This document shows positions 48,549 to 58,049 of a stretch of DNA of 64,000 nt, piece after piece. A program made the position numbers and the translations under genes. The DNA is taken from the IMG/VR virus record IMGVR_UViG_3300027917_000026; one strand, 5' to 3'. This DNA comes from an uncultured virus (IMG/VR IMGVR_UViG_3300027917_000026). Lineage: Duplodnaviria > Heunggongvirae > Uroviricota > Caudoviricetes. Positions within the stretch are counted from its first letter, which is position 1, and each line of letters begins with the position of its first letter. The notes under the pieces are model-generated. The model was not told the origin of the DNA, searched no databases, and was given only the letters and a program-made list of their open reading frames with translations.

Positions 48549-49829
48549 TTAAGTCGTTGTGGTTGTAGTACTTGTGGTTGTAGTACTTGTGGTTGTCGAA
48601 ACAGCCGCACCCTCTAAAACTGCACAGTAGTCATAATAAGTTGTTCGATGACAATTCTGAAAAATCCGATATCTGTCACCCGCATAGTTAACGTGATCTT
48701 CACTCTGGATACCGGTACCCGCTATATGATATACTCCATCTAAATCAAACCATACCACTGATCCTGTATCATCATATGGCGTGTAGTAAACAGGTGTCAT
48801 TAACCTTTCACCGTTTTCTGTTGGGGCAAGCGCACCTTGATTACTCCATGCATCGTAAGGTAATATAATCGGGCCATTGTTTTGTCCAAAACTTCCCTCC
48901 CATGCACAAATGCCTGTACCCGGATCTATAATCCAAACATTTAGACTATTGTTTTGTCTATAACTACCCAAAGGCCACAGATGATAATATGATGTTTCGG
49001 AGTAAAGATATGTGCTTGTAGTGGTTCCGCCAATTAATAGCGGAAACGGATAATCACCGGGATTGCCAAAACGTCTTCCAAAACCAAGATACATAATCTC
49101 ATAATTCGAAGACACTTTGACAACCACAACAATTCTTTGTTGATTGGAGTAAACCCAATAACTCATTGTATCATCTACGAGTGGTAAATGTGGGTGTTCT
49201 GTAAAGCTATTATAAGTAGCACTGTAGGCATCCATATTATGCCATGCGGAATTCTGATCCCATTCACCAGAATCATTGAATGTAGTATATCCATTCAAAT
49301 CCCAAACATAAAAATTTGCGCTTACATAATAGCATTCACGAATTCCCACAATGACTGCCTCTTGCCCTGACAATCCTGTATTGGAAATTACTACCTCTTT
49401 ACAGGGTGAACATACTTCTGTATAACCAGCACCTTGATTATCTCTTGTGTTTCGATTTAATTCCTGCCGCCAATCCTGACCCTCATTTCCATATATGTAG
49501 TCAGCCGTGGGTGTTGCATCAGGCGTGCCTGTAAACGTAATACTGTAGGCACCTGTCGAATATGTAATTGAGCCGGAAGATATATTTGTACCTGTAATAT
49601 TTCCAGACCCATCATCTACACCCTCATAATTGGTCGATGAAAAAGCGTAGTTAATTATCAACCGACCTAAACCAACTGGCGAATTGGCAAGTGTGCCCGA
49701 CCATGCCGCACCCGTTCCACTAAGGTTTTCACCTGTTACTTCAGTACCAAGTATTTGACCCAAAATGGTTTGTAGTAAACCTGACGCACCCGCAAACGCC
49801 GTGACCGTACCTGTATTATAATATGACAT
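48549..49829 (-). CDS. tail virion structural protein with C-terminal poly-Thr/Ser tail
   Basis: directly after tape measure; YPFPLLIGG; 16-residue T/S tail. Confidence 0.75.
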   Translation of the reverse strand: MSYYNTGTVTAFAGASGLLQTILGQILGTEVTGENLSGTGAAWSGTLANSPVGLGRLIINYAFSSTNYEGVDDGSGNITGTNISSGSITYSTGAYSITFTGTPDATPTADYIYGNEGQDWRQELNRNTRDNQGAGYTEVCSPCKEVVISNTGLSGQEAVIVGIRECYYVSANFYVWDLNGYTTFNDSGEWDQNSAWHNMDAYSATYNSFTEHPHLPLVDDTMSYWVYSNQQRIVVVVKVSSNYEIMYLGFGRRFGNPGDYPFPLLIGGTTTSTYLYSETSYYHLWPLGSYRQNNSLNVWIIDPGTGICAWEGSFGQNNGPIILPYDAWSNQGALAPTENGERLMTPVYYTPYDDTGSVVWFDLDGVYHIAGTGIQSEDHVNYAGDRYRIFQNCHRTTYYDYCAVLEGAAVSTTTSTTTTSTTTTTT

Positions 49830-49832
49830 ATT

Positions 49833-52800
49833 TTACTCCGCCGCTAAAATTTGTTTTACCGCAAAAGAATTTTGACTAATTACATTTAAAATGTTCTTTT
49901 GCCCATGGGTTGTCGAAACATATTGATCCATCATATTTGGATCAACTACATTGACTACATTAATATTCTGGCCACTTTCCTTTGGTTTCTGACCATCCAC
50001 CCCACCAACAGCACCACCTGTTTGAAACGCATAGGAGTAATTCGTTTGTGGCGGTCTAATGTTCGCCGCAAAATTCATAATTGCTTCACGCGGTATGACC
50101 TTTTGCCGAATTGCTTCCATGCCCCTTCTACTATAATGTTTTACTACATCAACTGGGTGAATAAATTCACCCGCCGTTGCATTTATAGTGATATTATCCG
50201 AAGTGGATTGTGGGCTATGACCTAAAACCATACCACCATCGGCTAATCGTTGTACTCCCTTGATCACAGTTTCACTACGTTTGAAAACAGTACCACCATG
50301 GGCATATCCCTCAAATACCTCTTTTGGAATTCTTCTTTTCTGAATCAATTCCATTGCACGTTCACCGTAGTATTTGACAGACTTGACAGGATGCATAAAT
50401 TCACCCGCCGTTGCGTTGATAGTAACATTGTCGGCCTTTGGGTGTGGAGATGTTCCTTTGATTTTTCCGCCACCTTGCCTGTAGTCATCAAGACGAATGA
50501 CTTTACCTGTTCGCACCTTCCCACCCTCAGCCAGTGATTGTGAAGCAATTGCCGCAACCTTTGCCATACCTGCCGCGACAGCCGTTGCCGCAAAGATAGG
50601 CGCAAGATAAATGCCTACATACGGAATTTGTAAACCTTGCTGATATGCGAGTACCGCATTTTGATATGTTTGAATAACCGTTTGCGCAATTGCCGCCGCT
50701 TTTTGTAGATAAAAGAATTCCTTTATCTGTTGACCGCTTGCCTCATACAAATCACCAAATGCTTCATTCAAGTACCCGATACTAGTCATTGCCCCCTCTA
50801 AATACATATCGAGAACCTGTTGTCTTTGATCCGCTGCAAGTTTATCTTTTTCCAATTGTTGCAAACGATGTGCTTCTTCAATTTGATCCAGTGATGCTTT
50901 GTGTGTAATCAATTGCTGTTGTTCTTCGGCATGGGCACGTTCCATTGCGGCACGTTCTTCTGCAAACCTTGATTCCGTATCGGCTGGCGCAATTATTCTT
51001 GATCGTATTGTAGCTAATGATTCTTGAATTGCTCTAACATCTTGAGCCGCCTTGATTTCCGCCTTGCGCCGTTCCTCTAATAACTTCATTTTGTCTTGCT
51101 CATATTTCTGATCCAAAACAAAAATTTTGTCTAGTTGCTGTTGACGTTTTTTAGGATCTTCGACGCCAAGTGTTTCAAGTTGTGCTTTCAATATCTGACG
51201 TTCTTTTTGATATCCGGTAGTCAATAAGTCAAGACGTTCATTGAAGTATTTGTCAAGTGATATTTTACTATTCTCATAGAAAATACCTAGTTCCGTTAAA
51301 GCCGTAGCTGTCGTGGCTTTGAGGCGAGTCAATTCACTTTTTAAAGCATCAAATCTTCCAAGTTCAGGAGTCAATTGTATTCTTGCTTGCCCGGGTGCCT
51401 TTCCCGCTTTTTCCGCTTCTGCTCTATATTCAGCCGCCTTTGCTCTGATCTTTTCAAGTAGTGTATTAACTCTTGACCATGCAGATTCCTTTTCAGACAA
51501 AACGGATAACTCTTTACTACTTTCTTCTACAACATCATCCCACCATTGCGCCTGATTCCTTAAATGATCACCCATTTTGCCTATTTCAACATTAGACATT
51601 TCAAGGCCTTCGAGCATAAGACCAAGTGATTGAGTTCCAGGTAGGTATTTTAAAATACTACCAAGTTTTTGTGCGTCAACACCTAATTCACGTAACTTCA
51701 CTCTAACTTGATCCACAATGTCATAAACACCCGCCATTCCTAAGTTTATGACTTTAGCAAATAAACCGAAACCAACTTTTAATGAATTCCATATTAACTG
51801 CAAACCTCTGAAAGAATCCACCAAAAGTGCGACGGCTTTTATAATTCCTTCAAGTGCCGTAATAACTCCATCCGCCATTGACCTTGCCCACTGATCTAGG
51901 CGACCCTCTTTTCTCAATTGTTTAATGTATTCAAGGAATGTAGATAATGCGGCTCGAATGAAGTCAAAGACACCCGCTTCCATAACTAGGTTTCTAAACT
52001 GAAACCATGAATCACTCAGCATGGAAAGCATACCTCCCCAAGTTCTAGCAAGTGCGGCTGATGCACCCGCAAACTTGGATTGCGGATCTTCAAATGCGGC
52101 AATTAATTTTTTTCGGGTTTCTTCTGCTGAATGAGAAACACCCGCTTGAAAGCCGAGCATGGAAAGAACACCACGTTCGCGGAAGAGATCGGCTGACGCG
52201 GCACCAGCCGAATACATACGAATGACTTGTGTAGTTGTTTCTTGAATTCCTAGACCTGTTGTTGCGGCAAGGTCGGCAATAATTGGCATATACTTTTCAA
52301 CTTCTGCTGTTCCGCCTTTCAAAACACCGGCAAGTTGCGTTGCGGAACCAATTATATCTTGATATTCAAAAGATACAGTTGAAGCATATTCAGCCATCGA
52401 CTGAAATAACTCATTTGCCTTTGCTTGACTACCTAAAATTACAGTTAACCGCGTTCTGTATTGTTCGGCAGAAGATGCCGCTTGAACAAAAGATCTTGCA
52501 AGTAAACCTACGCCAAGACCAGCAAATGCGCCTTTTAGTGAGAAGATAGCACCTGATACACCACGAATGCCACGGCGCATTAAACTTCCAGCCCTTTGCA
52601 ACGTAGCAAAAGTCTTTGCCGTTCTTGCGGCTGACCTATTAAGATCATCAATATCGCTTGTTACTTTGTCGGCACGTTGACCAAGCTTTCGCATTTCCTG
52701 TTGGAGTTGTGCCAACTCAAGATCTGCTGAAGATGCTGTTTTCTGTGTATTTTTTAATTCAGCATTTACTTCATCTAAACCTTTAGATGCCGCATCTTTT

Positions 52801-52838
52801 AGGCGAAGTAATATTTCTAAAGTTTCACTACTGGGCAT
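49833..52838 (-). CDS. tape measure protein
   Basis: 1001 aa Ala-rich helical; TWGGMLSMLSD-type motif; follows tail chaperone; duplicated C-terminal GEF module. Confidence 0.9.
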   Translation of the reverse strand: MPSSETLEILLRLKDAASKGLDEVNAELKNTQKTASSADLELAQLQQEMRKLGQRADKVTSDIDDLNRSAARTAKTFATLQRAGSLMRRGIRGVSGAIFSLKGAFAGLGVGLLARSFVQAASSAEQYRTRLTVILGSQAKANELFQSMAEYASTVSFEYQDIIGSATQLAGVLKGGTAEVEKYMPIIADLAATTGLGIQETTTQVIRMYSAGAASADLFRERGVLSMLGFQAGVSHSAEETRKKLIAAFEDPQSKFAGASAALARTWGGMLSMLSDSWFQFRNLVMEAGVFDFIRAALSTFLEYIKQLRKEGRLDQWARSMADGVITALEGIIKAVALLVDSFRGLQLIWNSLKVGFGLFAKVINLGMAGVYDIVDQVRVKLRELGVDAQKLGSILKYLPGTQSLGLMLEGLEMSNVEIGKMGDHLRNQAQWWDDVVEESSKELSVLSEKESAWSRVNTLLEKIRAKAAEYRAEAEKAGKAPGQARIQLTPELGRFDALKSELTRLKATTATALTELGIFYENSKISLDKYFNERLDLLTTGYQKERQILKAQLETLGVEDPKKRQQQLDKIFVLDQKYEQDKMKLLEERRKAEIKAAQDVRAIQESLATIRSRIIAPADTESRFAEERAAMERAHAEEQQQLITHKASLDQIEEAHRLQQLEKDKLAADQRQQVLDMYLEGAMTSIGYLNEAFGDLYEASGQQIKEFFYLQKAAAIAQTVIQTYQNAVLAYQQGLQIPYVGIYLAPIFAATAVAAGMAKVAAIASQSLAEGGKVRTGKVIRLDDYRQGGGKIKGTSPHPKADNVTINATAGEFMHPVKSVKYYGERAMELIQKRRIPKEVFEGYAHGGTVFKRSETVIKGVQRLADGGMVLGHSPQSTSDNITINATAGEFIHPVDVVKHYSRRGMEAIRQKVIPREAIMNFAANIRPPQTNYSYAFQTGGAVGGVDGQKPKESGQNINVVNVVDPNMMDQYVSTTHGQKNILNVISQNSFAVKQILAAE

Positions 52839-52842
52839 TCGC

Positions 52843-53366
52843 TTATCCTTTTCTTCTCAAGTATAATCGCCATTGCCGCTTATCCGCAAATCTTGCGGTT
52901 CTAACAGCAATAGCTGTTTGCTTCTGTTTGTCGAATTTGATTAATTCGTGTTCATTCAAAGCATCGATAAAGAACGAATACCCATAATCTAAGACGAAGA
53001 TATGTCCTGACTCAATGAGGGTACAAGCAGTTTTGAAAAGTCTTCGATGATCGCCCGACGCAAGTTGTGTATCACTTCCTCTAATCCCAACTGTCGGGCG
53101 GCTCCGAAAAAAACTTTATTTGTTTCTTGAAATTTATCCCAAATAACTTTTATATCACTTGGAGCCATATCGATCAAATCATCGATTGAAACATTTGTTA
53201 CTGCGGGTAGTATTGCCTCACCGAAATACTCCTTAAACGCATTAAGCGATAAGTTATCAGTTATCTTCTCATCTTGCATTAGATCAATGATTTGCCGTAT
53301 CGTCAATTCATAAACCTCAAACGACCGATCATAATCTTCGATTTTAAAGGAATGCGTCTTTCGCAT
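52843..53366 (-). CDS. tail assembly chaperone G (52989..53366) with -1 frameshift extension GT to 52843
   Basis: slippery T TTT TTC at 53112-53106; -1 frame open from there to TAA 52843-52845, just before the tape measure ATG. Confidence 0.8.
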
Positions 53367-53406
53367 ATTTTTCTCCCATTCACTTTTACTACCAACAAAA
53401 CCGCTA

Positions 53407-53967
53407 TTAAGTTGTAGTGGTTGTGGTGGTGGTCGTGGTTGTGGTTGCATAAGTTATGGTGATATACGGTGAATCCGCATGGTTCGCGGAGTCAGACAAA
53501 CCTTCACCCGCAAAACTCATAACCATGTATTCCTCACCGATCAATTGAAACGGGCCATTTGGAGATAAAGTCATTTTCCAAAAACGCCAAATCTGATTCG
53601 GCCCGATCGGATTATCGGAAATAAACTTCAACGCATATTCCTTATCAGTTTCGGTCAAGGCTTTTACTACATTGCTTGCCTTCGTTCCCATAAGGAATTT
53701 ATTAAGGTTAATTGCGGCGGGTTCATCCAAGTCAAAACGAACCGCATATTCCGTTTGGATGACAGGGTTTTTATCCTTTTGTCTAAACCCTGATCTGGAG
53801 CTATAATGCGGAAGACGTTCCAAAGTCGGCTCGACCTCAAGCGAAGTACAGTTGCCCATATCTACATAACCCGCCGGATCTGTTGGCGGAGTATTTCCTG
53901 ACCATTCGCCAATGTAGAGAATGCCTTTGCCGATTGCGTAATTTTGAACATTATGCGGAGTTGCCAT
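53407..53967 (-). CDS. major tail tube protein with C-terminal T12
   Basis: YAIGKGILY..DMGNC..LEVE; between tail terminator and chaperone; ends ATTTTTTTTTTTT. Confidence 0.85.
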   Translation of the reverse strand: MATPHNVQNYAIGKGILYIGEWSGNTPPTDPAGYVDMGNCTSLEVEPTLERLPHYSSRSGFRQKDKNPVIQTEYAVRFDLDEPAAINLNKFLMGTKASNVVKALTETDKEYALKFISDNPIGPNQIWRFWKMTLSPNGPFQLIGEEYMVMSFAGEGLSDSANHADSPYITITYATTTTTTTTTTTT

Positions 53968-53969
53968 GA

Positions 53970-54422
53970 TTAAATGCCTCCTGTATCATGCACATAGATT
54001 GAATTATCAGTTAACTTGAAAGCCACGAATGGCTCCCAATAAGCATGATTTTCATCGAGTTCCAGTGTAGTCGAAATGACTAGATTACCCTTGGTTTGAT
54101 CCGCATAGAGTTTTACCCAAATATCATCAGCAATTGTAGATATTGCTGTATCGGGATTTACATTATCTTGAATATAAACAAAAATATCTACAGCAAGAGA
54201 CGATTGAATAATTTCTACACCACCAGGTTTGCGACCCGAAACCTTTGGCCCGGGTACAGGCAACCGCCCAACTACAGCCGCTACAGGGAATTGCGGCAAG
54301 GCAAATGATTCAAGATCAGAATAAGCTTGCATTTTTCTGACCACGGTGCCAATCGATGAAATCTCTTTTAACAGATTTACTACATACAAAATGATCTGTT
54401 CACGCTTGCTGTTTTCAGCCAT
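53970..54422 (-). CDS. tail terminator / completion protein
   Basis: SKREQII N-terminus; synteny. Confidence 0.7.
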   Translation of the reverse strand: MAENSKREQIILYVVNLLKEISSIGTVVRKMQAYSDLESFALPQFPVAAVVGRLPVPGPKVSGRKPGGVEIIQSSLAVDIFVYIQDNVNPDTAISTIADDIWVKLYADQTKGNLVISTTLELDENHAYWEPFVAFKLTDNSIYVHDTGGI

Positions 54423-54431
54423 TTTACTTCC

Positions 54432-54965
54432 TTAATCAGTTCCCGCATCCGTAAAAATTAAATTGCGAAGATGTTCGGAAACCATATCCAAGATTTGTTG
54501 TTGCTCATTTGCGGATATCGCAAAAAATCTGCGATCCTCATTTAGAAAATAGGCTTTTTGTGCGGAAGTAATCTTTTGTTTTCGCTCCCGCCGTTCGCCG
54601 CTTTTCGTTTCATATCTATAAGGTTTGCCAGTGGTTGGCAAGAAGAAAATCCTTGCCGTATCTTTTGTAGCACTGAAAGTCATACTACTCATCATGGTGC
54701 CATGAAAAAACAAATTAACTTTATCAGTTGGATGGCCCGTCTTCTGCCGGAATAAAGCCCAACCCGGCGAGTATGGAGTAAAAGGCGTACCGCCAGCGTC
54801 AACCCCTTGACTAGTGCGCAATTGAATCTTCGCAATTAAAAAATTTGCAATTTCTGACATTAGATCTTTTGTCAGAAAATATCTTTGCGCCCGATCAAAT
54901 CTTCTGATTAATCGGTCAAGGCCGCGTATAGCAATGGTGTGGTCGGTAGTAATATCTTCCGGCAT
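54432..54965 (-). CDS. neck / virion morphogenesis protein (Mu gpG-like)
   Basis: GVD..G.PF.PYS, NL...G.M..SM, RRFFAIS. Confidence 0.75.
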   Translation of the reverse strand: MPEDITTDHTIAIRGLDRLIRRFDRAQRYFLTKDLMSEIANFLIAKIQLRTSQGVDAGGTPFTPYSPGWALFRQKTGHPTDKVNLFFHGTMMSSMTFSATKDTARIFFLPTTGKPYRYETKSGERRERKQKITSAQKAYFLNEDRRFFAISANEQQQILDMVSEHLRNLIFTDAGTD

Positions 54966-55412
54966 TTAACACCTTACTAATCTTCGTTGACGCGGTTGAT
55001 ATTTCTCATCTGACGCAAACGAATCATCATCATCCCAATCGTAGTTAATTCCCAATGCCAGCAATTCTGACAATTCGTTATTGTACTTTGTAGCAAAGAG
55101 TTCCATTTGCCTTTCAAAGCCATCCGCTTCGGGTGAGTCTTTCATAAGATACATATAAATCAACTCTAATGTTTTGTAGCAACTCAATCGTAGTAATTGA
55201 TCCACGTCAACCAATTCTGGATCGAATTCGGTTGTGCGCCAATCCACATCATTATCTTCCGCAACCTCACGATACCAGCGGGAGATAAGCACTCGATTGA
55301 TAATCGAAAATGCTTCTCGGTGTTGCTCTTCCCAATCAGACACACCCAAAGTCAGGATGTTAGGCCGAATCTTTACTAAATCATCATCAGTAGAGTATTC
55401 AGTGACGGCCAT
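54966..55412 (-). CDS. head-tail adaptor
   Basis: YSTDDDL N-terminus; synteny. Confidence 0.7.
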   Translation of the reverse strand: MAVTEYSTDDDLVKIRPNILTLGVSDWEEQHREAFSIINRVLISRWYREVAEDNDVDWRTTEFDPELVDVDQLLRLSCYKTLELIYMYLMKDSPEADGFERQMELFATKYNNELSELLALGINYDWDDDDSFASDEKYQPRQRRLVRC

Positions 55413-55895
55413 TTACTTTTTTCTCCTTTTAATCTTGCGTGTTTTTGATTTAGAGGTTGTTGCCTTGGCTGTAGTCGTTTTCTTTTTACTATCCGCTTTT
55501 TTGGGTTTATCGGCGGCGGCGGGTTTTAAATCTTTGCCGCCTGATTCATTGCTACTTTTATCACTATCCACAAGCGAGTCACCAACAACAGTAAATCCAA
55601 CACTCTTTGACTCCGCTTGTCTTCCTTGCCTAATAGCCATTGCCGCTTCGGTCATACCTTGCGGCATTACCTTTACATCAGGCTGACTTATCGGCACTGG
55701 ATCTGGAATCAAAATCGGTGGATCAATTGCATCAAGTTTTACTTCTGGATAGCCGATATCCTTAAGCGTTTCCGCGACCTCATCATCTTCGGTTTCAAAT
55801 TGACCGTTAACGAATTCAGCCAAGGCGCGACCCTCTTTCGGGTTCCATACAATTGTAGGCAAAGTTGCCCTGTAAAATTTTCGTTTTTTACCCAT
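55413..55895 (-). CDS. hypothetical head-region protein with Lys-rich disordered tail
   Basis: AEFVNGQFETED..L...GY; AAGGAG RBS. Confidence 0.7.
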   Translation of the reverse strand: MGKKRKFYRATLPTIVWNPKEGRALAEFVNGQFETEDDEVAETLKDIGYPEVKLDAIDPPILIPDPVPISQPDVKVMPQGMTEAAMAIRQGRQAESKSVGFTVVGDSLVDSDKSSNESGGKDLKPAAADKPKKADSKKKTTTAKATTSKSKTRKIKRRKK

Positions 55896-55933
55896 TGTTT
55901 TACTCCTTTACTACATTAAGCCCAACAACACTT

Positions 55934-56092
55934 TTAAGTGGTGGTGGTTGTAGTGGTGGTCGTGGTGCTGGTGGTCGTGGTCGTGGTCACAAAATCACCA
56001 ATTGACGCATTGACCCCTTCCGCCCACTTGCGCATATTGGGATGGACACCCGGATTCTCTTCCATCCACTTTTTGACTTTTTCGTAAGACAT
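55934..56092 (-). CDS. 52-aa protein with 17-residue C-terminal poly-Thr tail (not in ORF track); candidate capsid decoration peptide
   Basis: AGGAGG RBS; MSYEKVKKWMEENPGVHPNMRKWAEGVNASIGDFV-T6-S-T10; directly downstream of major capsid gene. Confidence 0.8.
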   Translation of the reverse strand: MSYEKVKKWMEENPGVHPNMRKWAEGVNASIGDFVTTTTTTSTTTTTTTTTT

Positions 56093-56169
56093 TTTACTAC
56101 CTCCTATTTTTTAGTTTGTTTAGGTTTACTACATTCTAATACCGCGCTAATACCGCGAAAATAGGATGC

Positions 56170-57132
56170 TTACGAAGTCGCAAGATTCGTGATGGTTCCG
56201 TGATATTCTTCCGGGCCATAGTCAAGACCGATCTGACCATAGATCTGGCCGGATTCACTCGCACCTGTTTTACTTAACTCCTCATAAAACAGGACACCCT
56301 TTTCCGGTACAGGTAGGAAAACAGGCGAACATACGGAAAGATCCGCAATCAGTAACGTTGCCGCAGGCACGTTCGGTGCCCAAACAACGCCGAGAATGGC
56401 GAAGTCGGTTTCGATCTGATTGATGTTATAACCACCAACATTCCGATCTTGCGGCGCATAGCCGTAGATATCCGACAGCTTTTGCTTCTGAAATGCGTTA
56501 ACAAAAATTACCGGATTCACAAATTCCGCACCGTTAGCCGCCATGGTGCGAAGCAATTGATCAACCAATGGCTTATCAAGTGTTGCGGTGGCGGCACCGA
56601 CCGTATTGGTGGTGCATGCAGTAATAACACCGCGAGTCTTTGCCGCGACAGCCGCACTTGTGGCTTGCTGATATGCACCGTTCAAAAAGGTGTAGTCAGT
56701 GTTAACCGCGATTTGACGCATATGCGCGGAGATCTGAAAATCCCTTTCGTTCTGAACCGGTTGCACACCTGTAATATCTACAAGGTTGGTTGTAGCATCC
56801 GCCGTGACTTGACCAACAACGGATTGCTTCGCATAAGACACCGTGACAGCCCGATGGAAAATTTGCACCGTGTTAACATCTTGATCACGAACATAAGTCC
56901 ACGGATTCGGGGCAGTCAATGATGCCGTTTCGGTGACGGCAGGTTGGGCGGCGGATTCCAACGCCCACGGTTGAGCAAGCGGAAATTGGAAATCTGAAAC
57001 GGTACGGATGGCACCACCCTGAAGACCACCGATCATATTCAAGAACGGCGTTTGATTCGCGCCGATCAAGTAAAGTTCACCAGTGTAGTTAGGACAATTC
57101 CAAGTTGTTGCGGTAGCATTTACGTTAGCCAT
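56170..57132 (-). CDS. major capsid protein (DUF5309/SU10-like)
   Basis: TPFL, NTVQIFHRAV.VS, ETDF, EELSKTG..E.GQI..G; follows scaffold. Confidence 0.88.
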   Translation of the reverse strand: MANVNATATTWNCPNYTGELYLIGANQTPFLNMIGGLQGGAIRTVSDFQFPLAQPWALESAAQPAVTETASLTAPNPWTYVRDQDVNTVQIFHRAVTVSYAKQSVVGQVTADATTNLVDITGVQPVQNERDFQISAHMRQIAVNTDYTFLNGAYQQATSAAVAAKTRGVITACTTNTVGAATATLDKPLVDQLLRTMAANGAEFVNPVIFVNAFQKQKLSDIYGYAPQDRNVGGYNINQIETDFAILGVVWAPNVPAATLLIADLSVCSPVFLPVPEKGVLFYEELSKTGASESGQIYGQIGLDYGPEEYHGTITNLATS

Positions 57133-57158
57133 TTTATTTCACTCCTTATAAATGGTTG

Positions 57159-58049
57159 CTATGCCGCGCTTCTACGTTTTTGCCTCAATGCAAAGATAGC
57201 ATTCTTAAGTCGAACACTGTTCTTTGCATCTTTTGCTTCGATTGCGGCGGCATATTCTTTTTCAAGTTTTTTAAGTTCATCATCTTCGTCAAAGCCGCCA
57301 TCACCGTCACCACCCCTAGATCCTGTACCGGGCGCACCTCCGCGAATCATTGCATCTTTGTCGGGATGTGCCTCAAAAATCAGGTTCATTGCTTCACGAA
57401 ATTCTGCAATGTCACCCGGATTCTCTTTTGAGTAAACAATATCTCCATTGGCATAATGACCAATTAAAGATAGTTCACCGGTCTTTTCATTTTCTTCGAT
57501 CTTAAACTGTTTACCAAAATGGTCAACAGCCATTGCGGGTAGTACATTGGTTTTTGGTTTTGTGCCACTGAAAAGCGGATGTGTAGCAAATTTGTTGTTG
57601 ACCATAAGATCACGAATTTGCGTATCCTTTTTTGACAGCCGCGTGCCGAATGACTCCTCTTTTTCCTTAAAGGCATCCGCCTGTTGAGTCAATTGTTTTT
57701 CATAGCTGTCTTTGATATCATCCTTTAACTTCTTCACTTTATCAGCGGCCAGCCAATCTTTTTCATTGAAATTAGCTACCTTCTCCAAAGCCTCATCAGC
57801 CTTAGTTTTCCACTCGCCAATATCATCAATGCCCTCGAAGATATCAAGATTTGTCCTCAATGACTTGTTTGATTCACGGTGCTTTTTATTTTCAAGACCG
57901 AGATCAATTATCTTCTGATACATGGCTGGTGGGTCAAGTGCTAATTCCTTCCCATCCGGGTCAAAGTAAATTGGCTTTCCATCATCACTAAAAACAGGTG
58001 ACTTTGACTCCTCATCAATTTTGATTTTCCACTCTTTTGGTTCTGGCAT
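57159..58049 (-). CDS. capsid scaffolding protein
   Basis: charged coiled coil, PGTGSRGG linker, C-terminal helix; precedes capsid gene. Confidence 0.8.
   Translation of the reverse strand: MPEPKEWKIKIDEESKSPVFSDDGKPIYFDPDGKELALDPPAMYQKIIDLGLENKKHRESNKSLRTNLDIFEGIDDIGEWKTKADEALEKVANFNEKDWLAADKVKKLKDDIKDSYEKQLTQQADAFKEKEESFGTRLSKKDTQIRDLMVNNKFATHPLFSGTKPKTNVLPAMAVDHFGKQFKIEENEKTGELSLIGHYANGDIVYSKENPGDIAEFREAMNLIFEAHPDKDAMIRGGAPGTGSRGGDGDGGFDEDDELKKLEKEYAAAIEAKDAKNSVRLKNAIFALRQKRRSAA

Larger units (their letters stand above)
25490..55987 (-). repeat. dispersed family of 15 ACN-codon (poly-Thr/Ser) tracts in 10 late genes
   Basis: approx. 25490-25549, 27230-27265, 27445-27498, 30920-30955, 37653-37709, 38174-38224, 38808-38864, 39478-39530, 39998-40054, 40709-40753, 41877-41930, 41972-42077, 48552-48599, 53410-53445, 55937-55987; mixed ACA/ACC/ACT/ACG codons. 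Confidence 0.95.

Noticed and set aside
53367..53450. N-terminal extension MQPQPRPPPQP of the tail chaperone in the ORF track
   Set aside because: It is an off-frame reading of the tail tube poly-Thr codons; the likely start is ATG 53366 after GGGAG.
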